Source of the DNA: Selaginella moellendorffii
Taxonomy: Eukaryota; Plantae; Lycopodiophyta
Assembly: GCF_000143415.4 (NCBI RefSeq)
Contig: NW_003314284.1
Location: 1,869,715-1,933,714 of the forward strand
Length of the DNA: 64,000 nucleotides
Direction: 5' to 3'
Every line of letters starts with the position of its first letter. Positions within the stretch are counted from its first letter, which is position 1. Under the pieces are notes generated by a model, which saw only the letters and a list, made by a program, of their open reading frames with translations, ran no database searches and had not been told where the DNA came from. Shown in pieces: positions 33,560-45,950 of the stretch. Position numbers and translations under genes: made by a program.

Positions 33560-34873
33560 ATGAAGAACGAAATCCCTTTTCCTAAGAGGACCGTCGTCAA
33601 CATGCGAAGAGATCTCCGACAAGAAGAGCTACTCGTTCTACTGTTTGTGATTGTGATCATCGTATTCAACGAGTTAGTTTATGCCTGGCCTTCCCTTGCT
33701 CTCAATGATCTCTCCCCTCCTCCAGGGAACAGGTACATCAAAGTTACAAGAGTAACTTTTTTCCTTCTGCTTGTAATCGTGTAACCAGAGCGTTTGCTTG
33801 GCAGCTTGCAGCTAAAGCTCTTGACTTGCAATGGCAAGCAGACGTACGGTTGCTTTGCAGGGCAATGGAAGTTACTCAACGCCACCGCCGAGCTGGTGAA
33901 TGCCGAGAAGAATACCACGATCAAAGTTGGATCTTACTACTATAGCCACCGTTCTCATTCTGGGGGCACTTGGTCTTTAATCAACAGTCCGGCAGTGTAT
34001 GCAGAGTCTGGCTTCCAGACGAGCGTCGTCTCAGGTGAATCTCTTTTTTCTTTCCCTCGACGGTTTGCTCACAAACTTCCGATCAGGGACAGAGATAGCA
34101 AGCGAGGAAGCGGGAGATGGATGCTCCAGCGCGTTGGCGGAAGCATCCGACCACAAGCACGCTGGAATAGCTTCCACAATCTCCTACATTCAGAGGTTTC
34201 CAGGCAAGACGACGGGTTTACTGTCCGGGAAGAAATGCAAGCGAGGCTCCAGAGCAAGAGAGGTCCCATATGAAGCGGAATACTGGCTGTGGTCACAAGA
34301 CAAAGTTCCACCGGCGGACACCCCCGCGGAAGTTCGAGTGTCTGGCGAGAAGCTGGTGGAAGGATTCTTCTCCAAAGGCGTCGTGTGTCACGTCTACAAT
34401 GGGACAGCCTGGGAAGTGCGAGAGTGGAAAGCAAAGTTATACGACGTTCCCGGTGGCAGCGTCGTCGGCCAGCACTCCATGAAGAACAGCAGCACCAGCT
34501 TGGTGTGGGAGCTTTTCAATCCCAATGGCTTTGGAATTCGCGGATCAAGCAGTGGTGGATCCGTGCAAGTCGCCGAGAACTGCATGCCATGGACGTTGAA
34601 TCACGTCACACACACCTGGGGAAATGCGTGAGTTTTCGAGCTTTCTCGTTTTCTAGCTTTGTAGTAACTTGTGATTCTTTGCCGCACAGATCGCTGCTGG
34701 GACCGTTAAGCCATGTCCAGATGGTGTCAACGAGGGGTGGAATGCCGCCATCGTCGAGCGAAAGCAAGGTTTCAACCTCGGCATCTCCGCTGGAGCCATT
34801 GACTCCTCGCCCAGCGACCGGCCAAGTTTCCAACACCACGTTTTCGGCGGTGTTTTGGCTCTATGCTAGATAG
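33560..34873 (+). CDS. Secreted or membrane-anchored protein with two tandem DUF3455-like domains (4 exons)
   Basis: Introns 33733-33804, 34035-34086 and 34628-34689 keep frame; hydrophobic N-terminal segment. Repeat 1: CNGKQTYGC..W..A.L..VGSYY..GTW..ISYIQR..EVPYEAEYWLW. Repeat 2: KLYDVPGGSVVGQH..W..MPW..LSHVQMVSTRGGMPP..FSAVFWLY. Family recognised by motif recall only. Confidence 0.7.
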
Positions 34874-35044
34874 AAGATAGACGAGCGACCTCAACTTGTT
34901 CACGTTATTATCATTCTCGAAGAATCTTGTTGGACATCTTGAATGCCTTCCAAGCGTTCTTCAAGCACGAAGATGGTCGAGGATCTATGTCTTGGAAGCT
35001 AAGCTGTCAATGGAAGCCTCAAAGATGTGTGAGCTTTGAAAGAT

Positions 35045-35561
35045 CTATCTACTTTCGTCTGGAGGCGACGAGGCCATGGCGTTTGATCGCTCCCCCGTGA
35101 TGACTGGCATCCACAGCTTAGAAGTCTCTCTCAAGAGGCTCTCGGCCTCTTCGTCCTGGGCCAATTCCGCGACTTTGGCTTCTAAGAGTTCCATCCTCTC
35201 GCTCAAATCGCTAAGCTGGTTCTCGATCTAAAACACACACACAGTGAACAAGAAGAAGGTAAGAAAAAAAAAAACTCTTACATCCTCCGCAGGCGCAGGA
35301 ACTTTGCTCGTTTCGGCGAAGAGATCACTGAGCTTGTCCCGGAGCTCCAAATCCGCAGCCCCTTCAGCCTCCTCGAACTGCCAATTCAAAGGAGGTAGCA
35401 CCAATCAATTCCACAGACTTGAAGGCTAGCTCTACCTGATTCAAGATGGCGTGAAGGCAACTAAACAGATCAGCAGTGGTGGCCGCCTGCTGGGGTGGCG
35501 CTACATTCGCCACGGGGGCCTCTTCTTCTTCTTCTTCGGGCGCCAAGCTCGTTATAGCCAT
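35045..35561 (-). CDS. Small acidic coiled-coil hypothetical protein (3 exons)
   Basis: Spliced reading MAITSLAPEEE...LNQ|FEEAEG...PAED|IENQLSDLSERMELLE...SKLWMPVITG...*, with canonical short introns (e.g. 35378-35435). Confidence 0.6.
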
Positions 35562-35669
35562 GAACCCTAAATTTGACAAAATTAAATCATATGATCTTAA
35601 ACATATTCAAAAAATTTCTGAACCCTAAATTTGAAAAAATTAAATCATATCATCTTAAACATATTCAAA
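35561..35669. repeat. 51-bp tandem duplication (58-bp period) containing a telo-box-like AACCCTAA
   Basis: TGAACCCTAAATTTGA(C/A)AAAATTAAATCATAT(G/C)ATCTTAAACATATTCAAA at 35561-35611 and 35619-35669. Confidence 0.9.
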
Positions 35670-35902
35670 GTTAAAGATCAATACCTAATTCACTCCATGT
35701 GTTGTTCATGCTCCAATCCAACCAACTTCCCTTCTCTCTCTCAGATCGGGTTGGTGCATTCAAAATACAAGAATACAATTCGTGTTGAACTGAAAGTTTA
35801 ATACAGAATTGAGTGCCATTCCAGAATGGCTCCTCTTTTTTTGTCCTTTTACTGTACAAAATGGCCTACCTTGCGACGAACAGGGCTTTGTTAGTTTCCT
35901 TG

Positions 35903-37111
35903 TTACGCATCGGGCGAAGGAGACGACTGAGTCGAGATCGATGGCGATGATGCCTCGAGTAGAGATTGTGGAACCGGAATGAGGGAGTTTCTGGAGCAGC
36001 AAGTGCAGGGACCCGTGCAGCTGTGCCATGGTTTCTCGATCTCTTTGATGGCTTCCTGGATTGCCTGTTTGGCAGCCTCTGATCCAGTCTGTGATGAGAA
36101 AAAGAGAACTCGTTTAGGAAGACTGAGTTCTAACGGAAGTTTGTGGTTGAATACCTTTGCAGCGTTGCGAAGAGGTCCCCAGCACTCGACTTTGTTGTAT
36201 TCACTCACGTTGGAATGGAAGTAGACCCAAACCATCGCTCCCTCCAGCTCTAAAGTTCACAAAAATTTTAAAAAAACTTTGCTTTCCAGTGGAAAAGGCT
36301 GTGGCTACAGTACCTGGATGATTCCGGAAGAGAGGTTCATCCCCATGCCGAAATGCTTCCAGAACCTGGTAAAAAGGAAGGAATTCTTTAGTCGTTTCGA
36401 AGTTTGTGGAAGAACACTTGAAGAACTTACGACTGGGAGCTCCTTGCGAAAGATGTAGAATCGAAGAGGAGCGATGGCGTCGAGCATCCAGTGGCCACCA
36501 CTGATATGGCAATGCACATGTAGCGACATCTCGCCCTTGGTTTGCTTCCACTCGGCCAAAACTTCGTCTCTTTGGAGCCTGCTATACCACCCCATGATCT
36601 GCGCAGGCACAATCAATCAATCATTCATGAGCTTCCATTCCATGTTCACCAAAATCGAGAACAAAAGAACTATGATCTCCAGTCACTCACCTGTGCTTTG
36701 TTGATTTCTCGCGAGATCGCCAGCGTGAGCTTGGCGGTGATGTCGCTGTGCGTGAGCGTGTACGTCCTGGGAGACTTTGAGGGGTGCTTGTCATGATCTT
36801 CTCCCAGAAACAAGACTTTGAGCTTGGACGCCTCGAAGATCGCCGGCCCAAACAATCGAGCCTCCTGCGACGCACAAGATGAATCTATAGATGCTCTATG
36901 ACTTGAAGACAAAGAAACTTACCACCACCGGTGAGATCCTTCTAGACGCGTTCCTGATCTGCCGAGAAGTGAGCAGCAGTCTCTGGCAGCTCCTCGAGCT
37001 CAAGAACTGCGACACCTTCGCCGTCTTGGATCTATGGAGCCCTGTTCTTGAGTCGGTGCCACCGGAGGTAGAGAAAAGACTCATTGCTACTTCCAAGGAG
37101 GCCACCGCCAT
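35903..37111 (-). CDS. SGR: STAY-GREEN Mg-dechelatase, multi-exon
   Basis: Motifs ARLFGPAIFEASKLKVLFLG, PRTYTLTHSDITAKLTLAIS, LHVHCHISGGH, VWVYFHSN and ECWGPL; Cys-rich tail CTGPCTCC. Confidence 0.96.
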
Positions 37112-38072
37112 GACGAACAAATTAAACAAATCTAGTCTACTACTTGTTTAAGCTCGCGCTAGATTCGTGGAGAATCCCTGTCGGAACAAAACAACGATTT
37201 CTCTGCTCGTTACAAGCCTTGCATTGCCACCGATTTGCCGCGAATCCTCCCTGGAATGCGCTAGCTCTAGCTCTTGGAGAAAACAAGAACGCAGAAGATT
37301 TCTCGCGCCGCCTATAAAAATCTAGAATGCGAAACTCTCACACGCCTCCTCTCTCCTCCCGCAGTGTTTGGAGCTCTTGTTTGCGCGCTATACCTTCGCT
37401 TCTCTCCTCTTGTTTGAAGCAAGGAAGAGATTGGACGCCGTCAGCACCCACACAGAATATCCGCACCACTGACGGCAAATCAACGGCCGAATGGCGGGAC
37501 GCGTCACAAAAGCCGGGGAGATCTATCTGACGGTGGCGGAAGGTGCTACGTGGGGCCCCGGTGGACTACACGTAGCCACTCTTGGCTAGCAATGCAAGCA
37601 AAAGGCCCATGCGCTTTGCCAAAGCCTCACGAAATCTTGGCTTGTCTTGTGTGTTTCTCGCGTTAAAATGGCGTGTAGAAGTTGGTTTAGAGCCGCAAAC
37701 TTGGATCTCCTCTCTCTTTCTCTTTCTCTCTCGAGTGAGAGAAGTTTTTTCTTGACAGCGCCTGGTGTTACGTGCCTCGCTGGGAAGCGGCGGTGACTTT
37801 GGGATCAACTCGGAGTTCTAAACACTTTGGCGATGATCTTCGCACTGTGACGTGCTAATGCGCCGGGTGTTCACGTGACCGGGATCGAGACGACACGTCA
37901 AGAAGCTGCTGGAATTCTCTGGACGTTGATTCAATCCTTCCAGGATCAAACACGCACCAAGTAAGAAAGAGAGACGAGGAGAACATACGTACAAGTGTGA
38001 GCAAGTAATTCGTGTCCCGTTTTTATGTGTGTATTCTCGAAACCAAAAAATTGAAATCGGAGGAGAGGAAAG

Positions 38073-39366
38073 TTATGTTGCTCGTGTCTTTCTCTTGGTG
38101 CCCCTGGCTACCTGGACAGAGGATGTTTTAGAAAGTGGCTCTCAACCGGAAAACCAAATGGAACAGTGCAAGAGGGACACACGTACCTTGGGTGATGAGT
38201 TTTGGCACGGCACCAGATCATCCTGTTGTTGTTGGTGCTGTTGGTGTTGCAGTGGCTGCTGTGGTGTCTTTTGTTCCCGAACTTGCGAGCTTTTCAGGAC
38301 ACCCTGCAATAAACGTTCACGGAATTTATGTTTTTGCTTTCGTTCCAAACGCCAAAACACGTACCTTATTTGCCCACATAAGACCGCAGGCATTACACAG
38401 CGTCTTTGGTCCGGCTGGACCTTTTCGCATCATCGGTGTTGTTCCAGATGCACATCCACAGCCCTGGCAACTGCGGTAAACAAGGAAGAAAAAGATCCAT
38501 AGCTTTGAGTAACCAGAGTGAAGGAAAAAATAAAACCAACTTACACAGTCTCTACTGCCGGAGTCGAAGTTGCCGGCTTCTCCTCGGACTCTTCCTCTTT
38601 GACCTTGAAGGGAGCAAACTGGCCTTTGTGCCGGTTCATCTTCACGGCTACATTGCTTCTCACCGAGTAGAGAATTCTCTTCCCCCATATCCGCCTCTCT
38701 CGCTTCTCACGGTACCTGCGGATGTATTCTTCTCTGTCCCTCGGATTTAATCGCTGCCCAGGCCCGGGTGGTTCCAGCAAGCTTTGATTCTGGAAAAAGC
38801 GAAGAACAGAAGAATAAGTTACAACACTGGAAAAAAAAAAGGGAGTGATCGATCCAAACACCTTAGGATATGAGAGATAACTAGGTACATTGGTGAAGGA
38901 TTGGATCTCCTGTCCACCCAGAACCGTCAAAACGTCATGGACCTGGAAACCAACAAAAATATGAGAGCAAACAAAGGAGAAAGAAAAATTTCCCCAAGAA
39001 CGTAGAAGAAACACCAAGAAATCCTTCCTGGGAGGGAGTAGGGCGACAGAAATCTCGTACCTTTTCCACGGGGACGTTCTCGAAGAGATAGACCTCGCCC
39101 TGGTACGAGAGAGTAAGCTGGCTCCCTCCTGCATGCTCCTCATCCACGACGGGCTCCTCCTCCTCGAGATCCACCATGGCGCCATCGCCATCGCCAGCGC
39201 CATCGCCAGCGCCATCGTCTTCCTCCTCCTGGAATCCATGCGCGCCCTCGCCGCCCTCTCCCGCGCCCTTGGCGCCCGCCTCCTCTTCCTCTTCTACAAA
39301 TCCCTGGTTTTCAAATTCATGGTGACGATCGATTGTGGAGCGTTGATGCTCATGCAGATGATCCAT
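38073..39366 (-). CDS. ZML: ZIM-like GATA transcription factor (TIFY + CCT + GATA zinc finger), multi-exon
   Basis: [16 protein letters not shown] (TIFY); RYREKRERR...[20 protein letters not shown] (CCT); CQGC-x20[11 protein letters not shown] (GATA). Confidence 0.92.
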
Positions 39367-39600
39367 CGCGCCCCTCACAGATCTTCACCGTTCACTCCAC
39401 ACCCTGCCCTAAAAACAGGCTCCCATTGGCCTTTCTTGCTTAGCCACAAAACCGGTACTGCTTAGCCCTTAATCACGATTAGTCGATAATTAAGCCAAAA
39501 CCTTTGTGTTCTTTACAAGCTTTGTTTCTCGAGCGAGCGAGACATGGTTTTCCTTTCCTTCTTTCATTCTTGCTTTTCGCCTCGCCCCACCCTTCTCGAC

Positions 39601-40649
39601 TTAATGGACAGCTCCAGCGACCGCGGGAGGCCTGTGGACGACCACAATCTCTTCCGGGAACAACGCTTTGATCAAACCGGGAGTTTTGAGCACTCTCCGG
39701 CCCGTCATTTGAGGATAGACGTCCTCGAGGAAGTAGTAGACATGACCAGCGGCCATTCCCTGTGAAAAGAGATTAAAAGGATTGAAGTTTTTTGGCAGAG
39801 AAAAGCTTACGAGGAGATCGACCCAGGGGCTGCTTCCCACCATTACAGAGAAGCCAAGGAGAACCTGGAACCATTGCGTGATTTGAAATGAACGCTGGAA
39901 GAGAAACTAGTTTACCCAAGGCAAGTAAGGAGCGGTGAAGCTGAAGAGGCCCAAAAAGCTCATGTGTACGTAAGGATTCCTTCTGCTCCAGACGTACACC
40001 TGGAAAACGAAGCACACAAAGTCAGCACGGAACAACGACAATGCGCTCACAAGAATTAACATGTTTGGCGTACCATCATAAACGTGAGGGAGTTACTCAG
40101 GAAGAGAATCTCGGCAAACGGCAAAGGGAAAGAAACCATGCCGCCGAGAACCACGATCAGCGTCAGCAGGCTCCCACCGAAGAGCAGCATGAAGAAGAAG
40201 TCGGCCGTTCTTCCCCGGAACGAAGTCTCTTCCAGAAGCTTGCAGTACCGAGCGAGGAAGAACATGTGAAAGAGAAAGTCGAGATCTACAAACAAAGATC
40301 AAGAAAAAAGAGATAAAAGAGAGTTGAGAACCACTCGCCAAAACAAAAGTTTGAGAAGCCACTCACCAAGTCGACCAAAGTAGAAGAAGTTTGTGACCAA
40401 GCGCCACACTTCGTAGTGCTTGACAACGCGCATTGGGTTCAGGTATACATTGAGAGGTGAGATCACCTACACGCACCAGAAAAAAGAACAAAGAGAAAAA
40501 AAAATTAGAGAAAACACTCCAAACACTCCAAACAAGAGAAGAGATTTTACCTCTAGCGCGCAACCAGCAGTAGTGAGCACAGACAATGTGAGGTAGGAGC
40601 GCGTGATGATAGGTATTTGCCTGTACCACTCCTCTACCAATTGCGCCAT
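39601..40649 (-). CDS. DER2: Derlin-2 (ERAD rhomboid pseudoprotease), 6 exons
   Basis: [19 protein letters not shown]; [18 protein letters not shown]; [16 protein letters not shown]. Confidence 0.96.
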
Positions 40650-40910
40650 TCTCTCTAGACACTTAGCGATTCTAGTTCCTAGCGCTACGATCCACCTCTG
40701 GCGATTCTAGTTCCTGCGACTCTACCTCTGGCGAGCATTTAGCTCATGACGATCTTTCCAGCGCCAAGCCCAAGCAGCGTCACGGCTCGATTAGGGTATA
40801 TGAGACCACGTGGAGAAAATACCACCGTGGATGCTGTGTACTGGCCAATCGCGTGCTGCCAAGTCAGCACTGCCACATAAACGGTGAGGATTGACCGAAT
40901 GGTTTAGCGG

Positions 40911-43459
40911 TCACGATATGAACCTCCCGAGCAAGTTCGCGATTTTCGTCTCCAGGCGCTTCTGGATTTGCGCTAAGTGTTCTTTCAACACTCGAGATGG
41001 CTCCTCGTCTTTGGATGGAGCCATGAAACTGGAGATGGATTGTATCGCCGAGAGCTTGTTTCCCGAGGCTTGGACTTCGTGTTGGAGCTCAAGAGCTCTT
41101 GGAAGTAACGAAGATGGCGAGATCGAGCCAGTCTTGACGGCCTTTTCGGCCTGTGTCTGTGGTCAAAGATTAGAAAACTTTGGCACAGGAAGTTGCAATC
41201 ACATACCGAAAGATCGTTGATTTTTTGGAAGAGGACATGGTACTCATGAAGTTGCTTCTCGAGAATGCTGGCTAGACCCGTCCTGTTCATCACACCGTGA
41301 TTTTACGACAAAAAGAATGGACGAAGCGACTTACTCCGGATTTGAATTGGTAGCGATTCCAAGATTGTTCTTCTCAGTTTCCTGTGAGTATCAGTGTCTG
41401 AGAACGAGAAACTAAAAACCAAGCGTACCATCATTGAAGAAGTCGAAGCTTCTGATCTGTTTGTTTCTGAAGCTTCCTGCATCCTGGGACGAGGTGTTAA
41501 TTGTTGACTCTCAGTCTGCTGTGTCGACCTCTCCGTTCTTACGGATGGTTGATCCTTCTCTTTGAATACCTCCTCGTGCCGCATTTGCGGCTGGACTATC
41601 TTTGCCTCAACGAATGCAAGCTGTAAATCCTTTCTGTGGAGCCCAGCTTCGTCGTGCTCCAGAATTCCTTCCACGTTCAACTCTGGCTCCTTGTTTGATC
41701 TTCTGTTAGAACGACTCGTTGGTTTGTTCAAGTACGTTTGCAACTGCTGCCGTGTTTCCTGTATCAGGGACTCTGTTTCCTTTCGCATGGCGGCTTCAGC
41801 ATCTAAAAGACTGGCCATGTGTTTGAGCTGCGAGTCCCTTGCCTTAATTTGTTGCTCCAGTGAGAGTAAATGCATTCGCAAACCTTCCATCCTCTCATCC
41901 TTAGCCTTCATATGCCGCTCGAACGACTCGATCTCGTGGCAGTGTCTGCCTGTTAGTTCTGCTGTATGCTGAGCTTTAGCGGCTTCGATGTACTGCTTGA
42001 TGTTTGAATCGTTGGGAGCCACTTCTGTTAAAAACAAAGGTTCGTTTCAGTGTCACGTAAACGAACTCATCAAACGTGTACCTTGATACGAGTTTGTTGT
42101 TTGCACCATATTCATAGCCATCTTCGCTGCGGAATAGAGTTTTCTCCACCGGCTAAGTTCAAGGTCCCTTGCGCGTTCCGCATCTATGTACAGCGCCAGT
42201 AAATGCTTCGCAGCGTTGAGATTAAAGACTTCAACAATTGTTCCTGCTGGACTGATGGAAAGAGTGTTGTCTAAACATTCCTCGTCACCATCTTTCCGAA
42301 TGTCAAACTGATCCAAGCGCAGTAGAGCACACTCTTCAAGCTGTTGTACTCGCTGCTGATAGTAATTAACTTGCTTTTCCAGTTCTGCCACCTGTTCCGC
42401 GTACGAGTGGAGCTCTCTTTGTTGTGCTGCCTGCACGTCAAATCGCCGCAGCCTGGGGAAGACCCCTGAAATCTTGTTGTCCTTTGCTGCTGAGTCCAGC
42501 TTCTCTAACAGCTCGGTTTTCTCTGTCTTTAGAGTGTTTATCCTTGCTAACACTGTTGCCAAAACGTCTTCCTGAACTCTGAGTTCTTCTTTGAGCTTGT
42601 CACATTCTGCACCACGAGTCTCAGCCTCAGCAGATATCTTTTGCTTCAGATCGTCGGCAGCAGCTTCGTGAACTTCAAACTCAGCAGCCATTTTTGCTCT
42701 TAAGTTTTCCACCATACTTTCGGCGGCTTTACGAGCTTTGGCCTCAGCAACAAGAGTTTCTTGGCATCTGTCGACCATTTTCTCAGCAGTAGCCAGCTTC
42801 TGAACGAGCTCGCACTTTTCACTGCGTTCCATATCTCCATCTTCTTTAGCGGCAGCCATCAAGAAATCTTTTTCCTTTAGCTGGCCCTTGAGATCGCTGA
42901 TCATAAGATCTTTTTCCTTGCATTGCAAGCAGCTGGTGTCAATCCCAACTTGAAGACGTCTAATGCACTCGGTCAGCTCTTTCCTCAGCGTCTCGATCAC
43001 TCCCTTCAATCTTTTCTGCTCGTTCTTCCAGCGCTGCTCTTGTGTTGAAAACATCGCCATGACTTTTTCGTTGGCTTTTGCATCCTCAGTTCTCCTGACC
43101 CTGGCTTCATCGAGCTGGCGTTGAAGCTCATCTGGGTCAGCAGTTGTGGAGATCCTTTTCTCCAGCATGCTTGCTCTAGCGGCTATATCTCGTAGTCTTT
43201 CCATTGCTCTGTTTACCAGGAACTTTACTGTTGCTTTCTGGCGCTTCCGGTTGAAAACGGTCAATTTCCTTCTGCCGTGATATCGTCTTATCAACGCCCC
43301 GAGAGTGATGAAAGACAATGCAACCGCGGAGTATTCTGCTACAATCGGGAATGCTTCTTCAGCTGGGTTAATCGAAAGGTACCTGGATATGAATTTCAGA
43401 CTTTTCCGAGCTCGCTTGCTCCTCTTGTTTCCGAATTTTTTGAAGCAACTTCCAGCCAT
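40911..43459 (-). CDS. Long coiled-coil plant protein with N-terminal hydrophobic segment and RRTEDAKANEKV motif
   Basis: 478-aa and 244-aa heptad-rich ORFs joined by short introns, ending ...LETKIANLLGRFIS*. Probable 5' UTR exons extend to about 44470. Function unknown. Confidence 0.75.
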
Positions 43460-44612
43460 TGCAATAACTTGGACCGGAAAATCAATCACAACACCTGTGA
43501 TCGAGTCAGAGACGGGAAAGTAACGGCAAAATCAGCTCGAGAACATACCAAAAATCCTGGCAGCGGCATTGTCGTGGGCGACTCAAGAACCGGTCCCAGA
43601 ATCAAAAACTCGCGCTTGGAAAGCCCTAGAGCCCGATTGCCAGAAAATTTTGAATGTAGTATATCTGCGAAATCTCCGTGGATAGTGCACGAGATCTGGA
43701 ACGGATTTTGATGGCTCGGATTTACGTCCATAAGTTTCTTCGTCACTGTTCATCTGAATTACGAATTTCCAGCAGCAAAAAAGAGCGCCATTCGTTATTC
43801 CGGCACGAGAATGAAAAACGAAAAACGTGTACCTTGGGTCGCTGTAATACGAAACTTAAAGCTAGCAGAAGAAATGCTCACACTTACTGTAGGATTAGAT
43901 GCTTCTCGTCCTCACGCAGGTTGAGATGAAAGAAAAAGAGCCGCAAAAGAGAATAGTCTCCATCTTCGATGACCAGCTCCTTGCTGATCCTGCAAAACCT
44001 CACGGCGGTCGTCAAAGCCTAAGAAAAAGTGAAACAAAAAGTAGCCATGTCCAACATCCGCAAGGAACTCATGGCATACGAAATAACGGCGTAGAGAAAT
44101 AGAAAAGAGAACAACACCTTTGAGTTTCGTCTCCATTCACAGCGAACACGTTAGATAGAACAGGACGAGTGCCAAAAGATTCCACTCCAGAACAATGTTA
44201 AGTGCCTGCACAGAAACAATAAAATTTCTTACCGCCGTTTGTTCGAGTGGCAACAAAGAAAATGCTTGTGATGCCTTCATGAGCAGTGAGAGCACTAGAA
44301 ATCTCGCGATCGGATTGAAATCAATTCGATCGCCTGTCAATCTAACACCCAACAGGCGAGATTCGCATCGCAGCTAAAAAATATCCGTGACAACGAATAA
44401 AGCGATCGAGGAGCCGATTCATTCGTACCTGGGAGACGATCCGCGCGGCTGGAGAGCGCCAGAGCGCGGCCGCCATCGTCCCTAAAACCCTAGCGAGCAA
44501 GCGGCCACAAAATTTCAAACATGGCATGGGTACGTGATCATTCCGCGAATATACCCTGCATTGGGGGTTTAGGGTTGTCGCAAGGACGAAGAGGAGAAAG
44601 CAATCCAACGAA

Positions 44613-45528
44613 ATGGACGATGGCGAAGTGGATTTCTCCGACCACGATATCTTCTGCGGCGCCTCCAATCTGGTATGTGACGACGACCACAGCGCCAGCG
44701 CCATGGAGAGCTTCCTGGACGAGATCCTCAAGAGCACACACACTTGCACGCACACTCACACTTGCAATCCTCCCGGCCCGGACAAGACGCACACGCACAC
44801 TTGCTTCCACACGCACACGCAGCTCTTCGCATCGCCGGAGGAGGGCTCCTCGCACCAAAAGGAGGAAGAAGACCATCATCGCCCAAGCTCTGAAGCTCTA
44901 GGTCCCGGCAGCATTGCCACCGCCGCTACCACCACCGCCACCACCGCCGCCGCAGCGCCGCAATCCAGCAAGAAGCGGCCGCTGGGGAACCGTGAGGCCG
45001 TGCGAAAGTACCGTGAGAAGAAGAAGGCTCACGCTGCCTATCTCGAAGAACAGGTTGCGCAGCTCAAAGCGCTCAACCAGCAGCTTGTCAAGAGGCTCCA
45101 GGGGCAGGCGGCGCTCGAGGCGGAGGTGGCGAGGCTGCGAGCTCTCCTGTCCGAGTTCCGGGGGAGGATCGACGCGGAGCTCGGGTGCTTCCCGTTCAAG
45201 CGGCCATGCAGCACGAATGGCCGCGGTGGCGGCGGTGGCGACGGCGCCGCTGCGAACGGTGACGAGTGTTCTCCGCAGCTCCAGGCGCTCTCCGGCGGAT
45301 TCTACCTCAACACCGTGTCCGTCCCGTGCGACGCCGACGTCCCGTGCTTCCATGGCGACTCTACGAGCTCGCAGCCGCAACTTCATGGAGGAAAAGGCGC
45401 CATAGCTTGCGACTACGTCTCGGAGAGCTGCCAGGGAACTTTGGGAGACTCGGAGGGTAAGATCCTCTTTTCTTTCGCGATTGAATTGCTGATAGAATGT
45501 TTTTTTTCTTGCAGGTGGAATACAATGA
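44613..45528 (+). CDS. bZIP23: Group F bZIP (bZIP19/23-like zinc-deficiency sensor)
   Basis: Cys/His-rich motifs THTCTHTHTCNPPGPDKTHTHTCFHTHT; basic region GNREAVRKYREKKKAH plus leucine zipper. Intron 45457-45514 gives a C-terminus ...GGIQ*. Confidence 0.93.
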
Positions 45529-45950
45529 TCACTGAATTGATTCTCACCCCGGCCGATGGTTTGTGAGGAAAATTACGCCGAGAAAAGGTGGTGGCATATT
45601 CTACTATGGGAGAATATTCACGAGAGGATGTTTCTATAGGGTGCATTTCATCGCCGGTCAAGCTTTGGCATCGGCACACTCGGCAGCACACTATCGAAGA
45701 AAAGTAGGAGCAGGAAAAGCAGGGAAAGCACGGAAAAGCACGAAAGCTTTTTTGGTTATCCTAGGAGGCTTTTGTGACAGCTTCTGGGTCGTCAGCGGCT
45801 ACGCGAAGAAACGAATTTAAAAAGGAGGTGGAGCTCGCAGGAACAAGTAGCTGATAGATTTGAGTCGGCAGCGGGCAGGGTAGCGAGCAAGTCGGTGAGT
45901 GGAGTGGAAGTCACAGCGCCGAGGTTTTTGAGATCTGGGAAGGAGGAGAG

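Noticed and set aside
39601-40649. U12-type introns in Derlin-2
   Set aside because: All five donors read as ordinary GT(A/G) U2 sites; no RTATCCT signature was seen.
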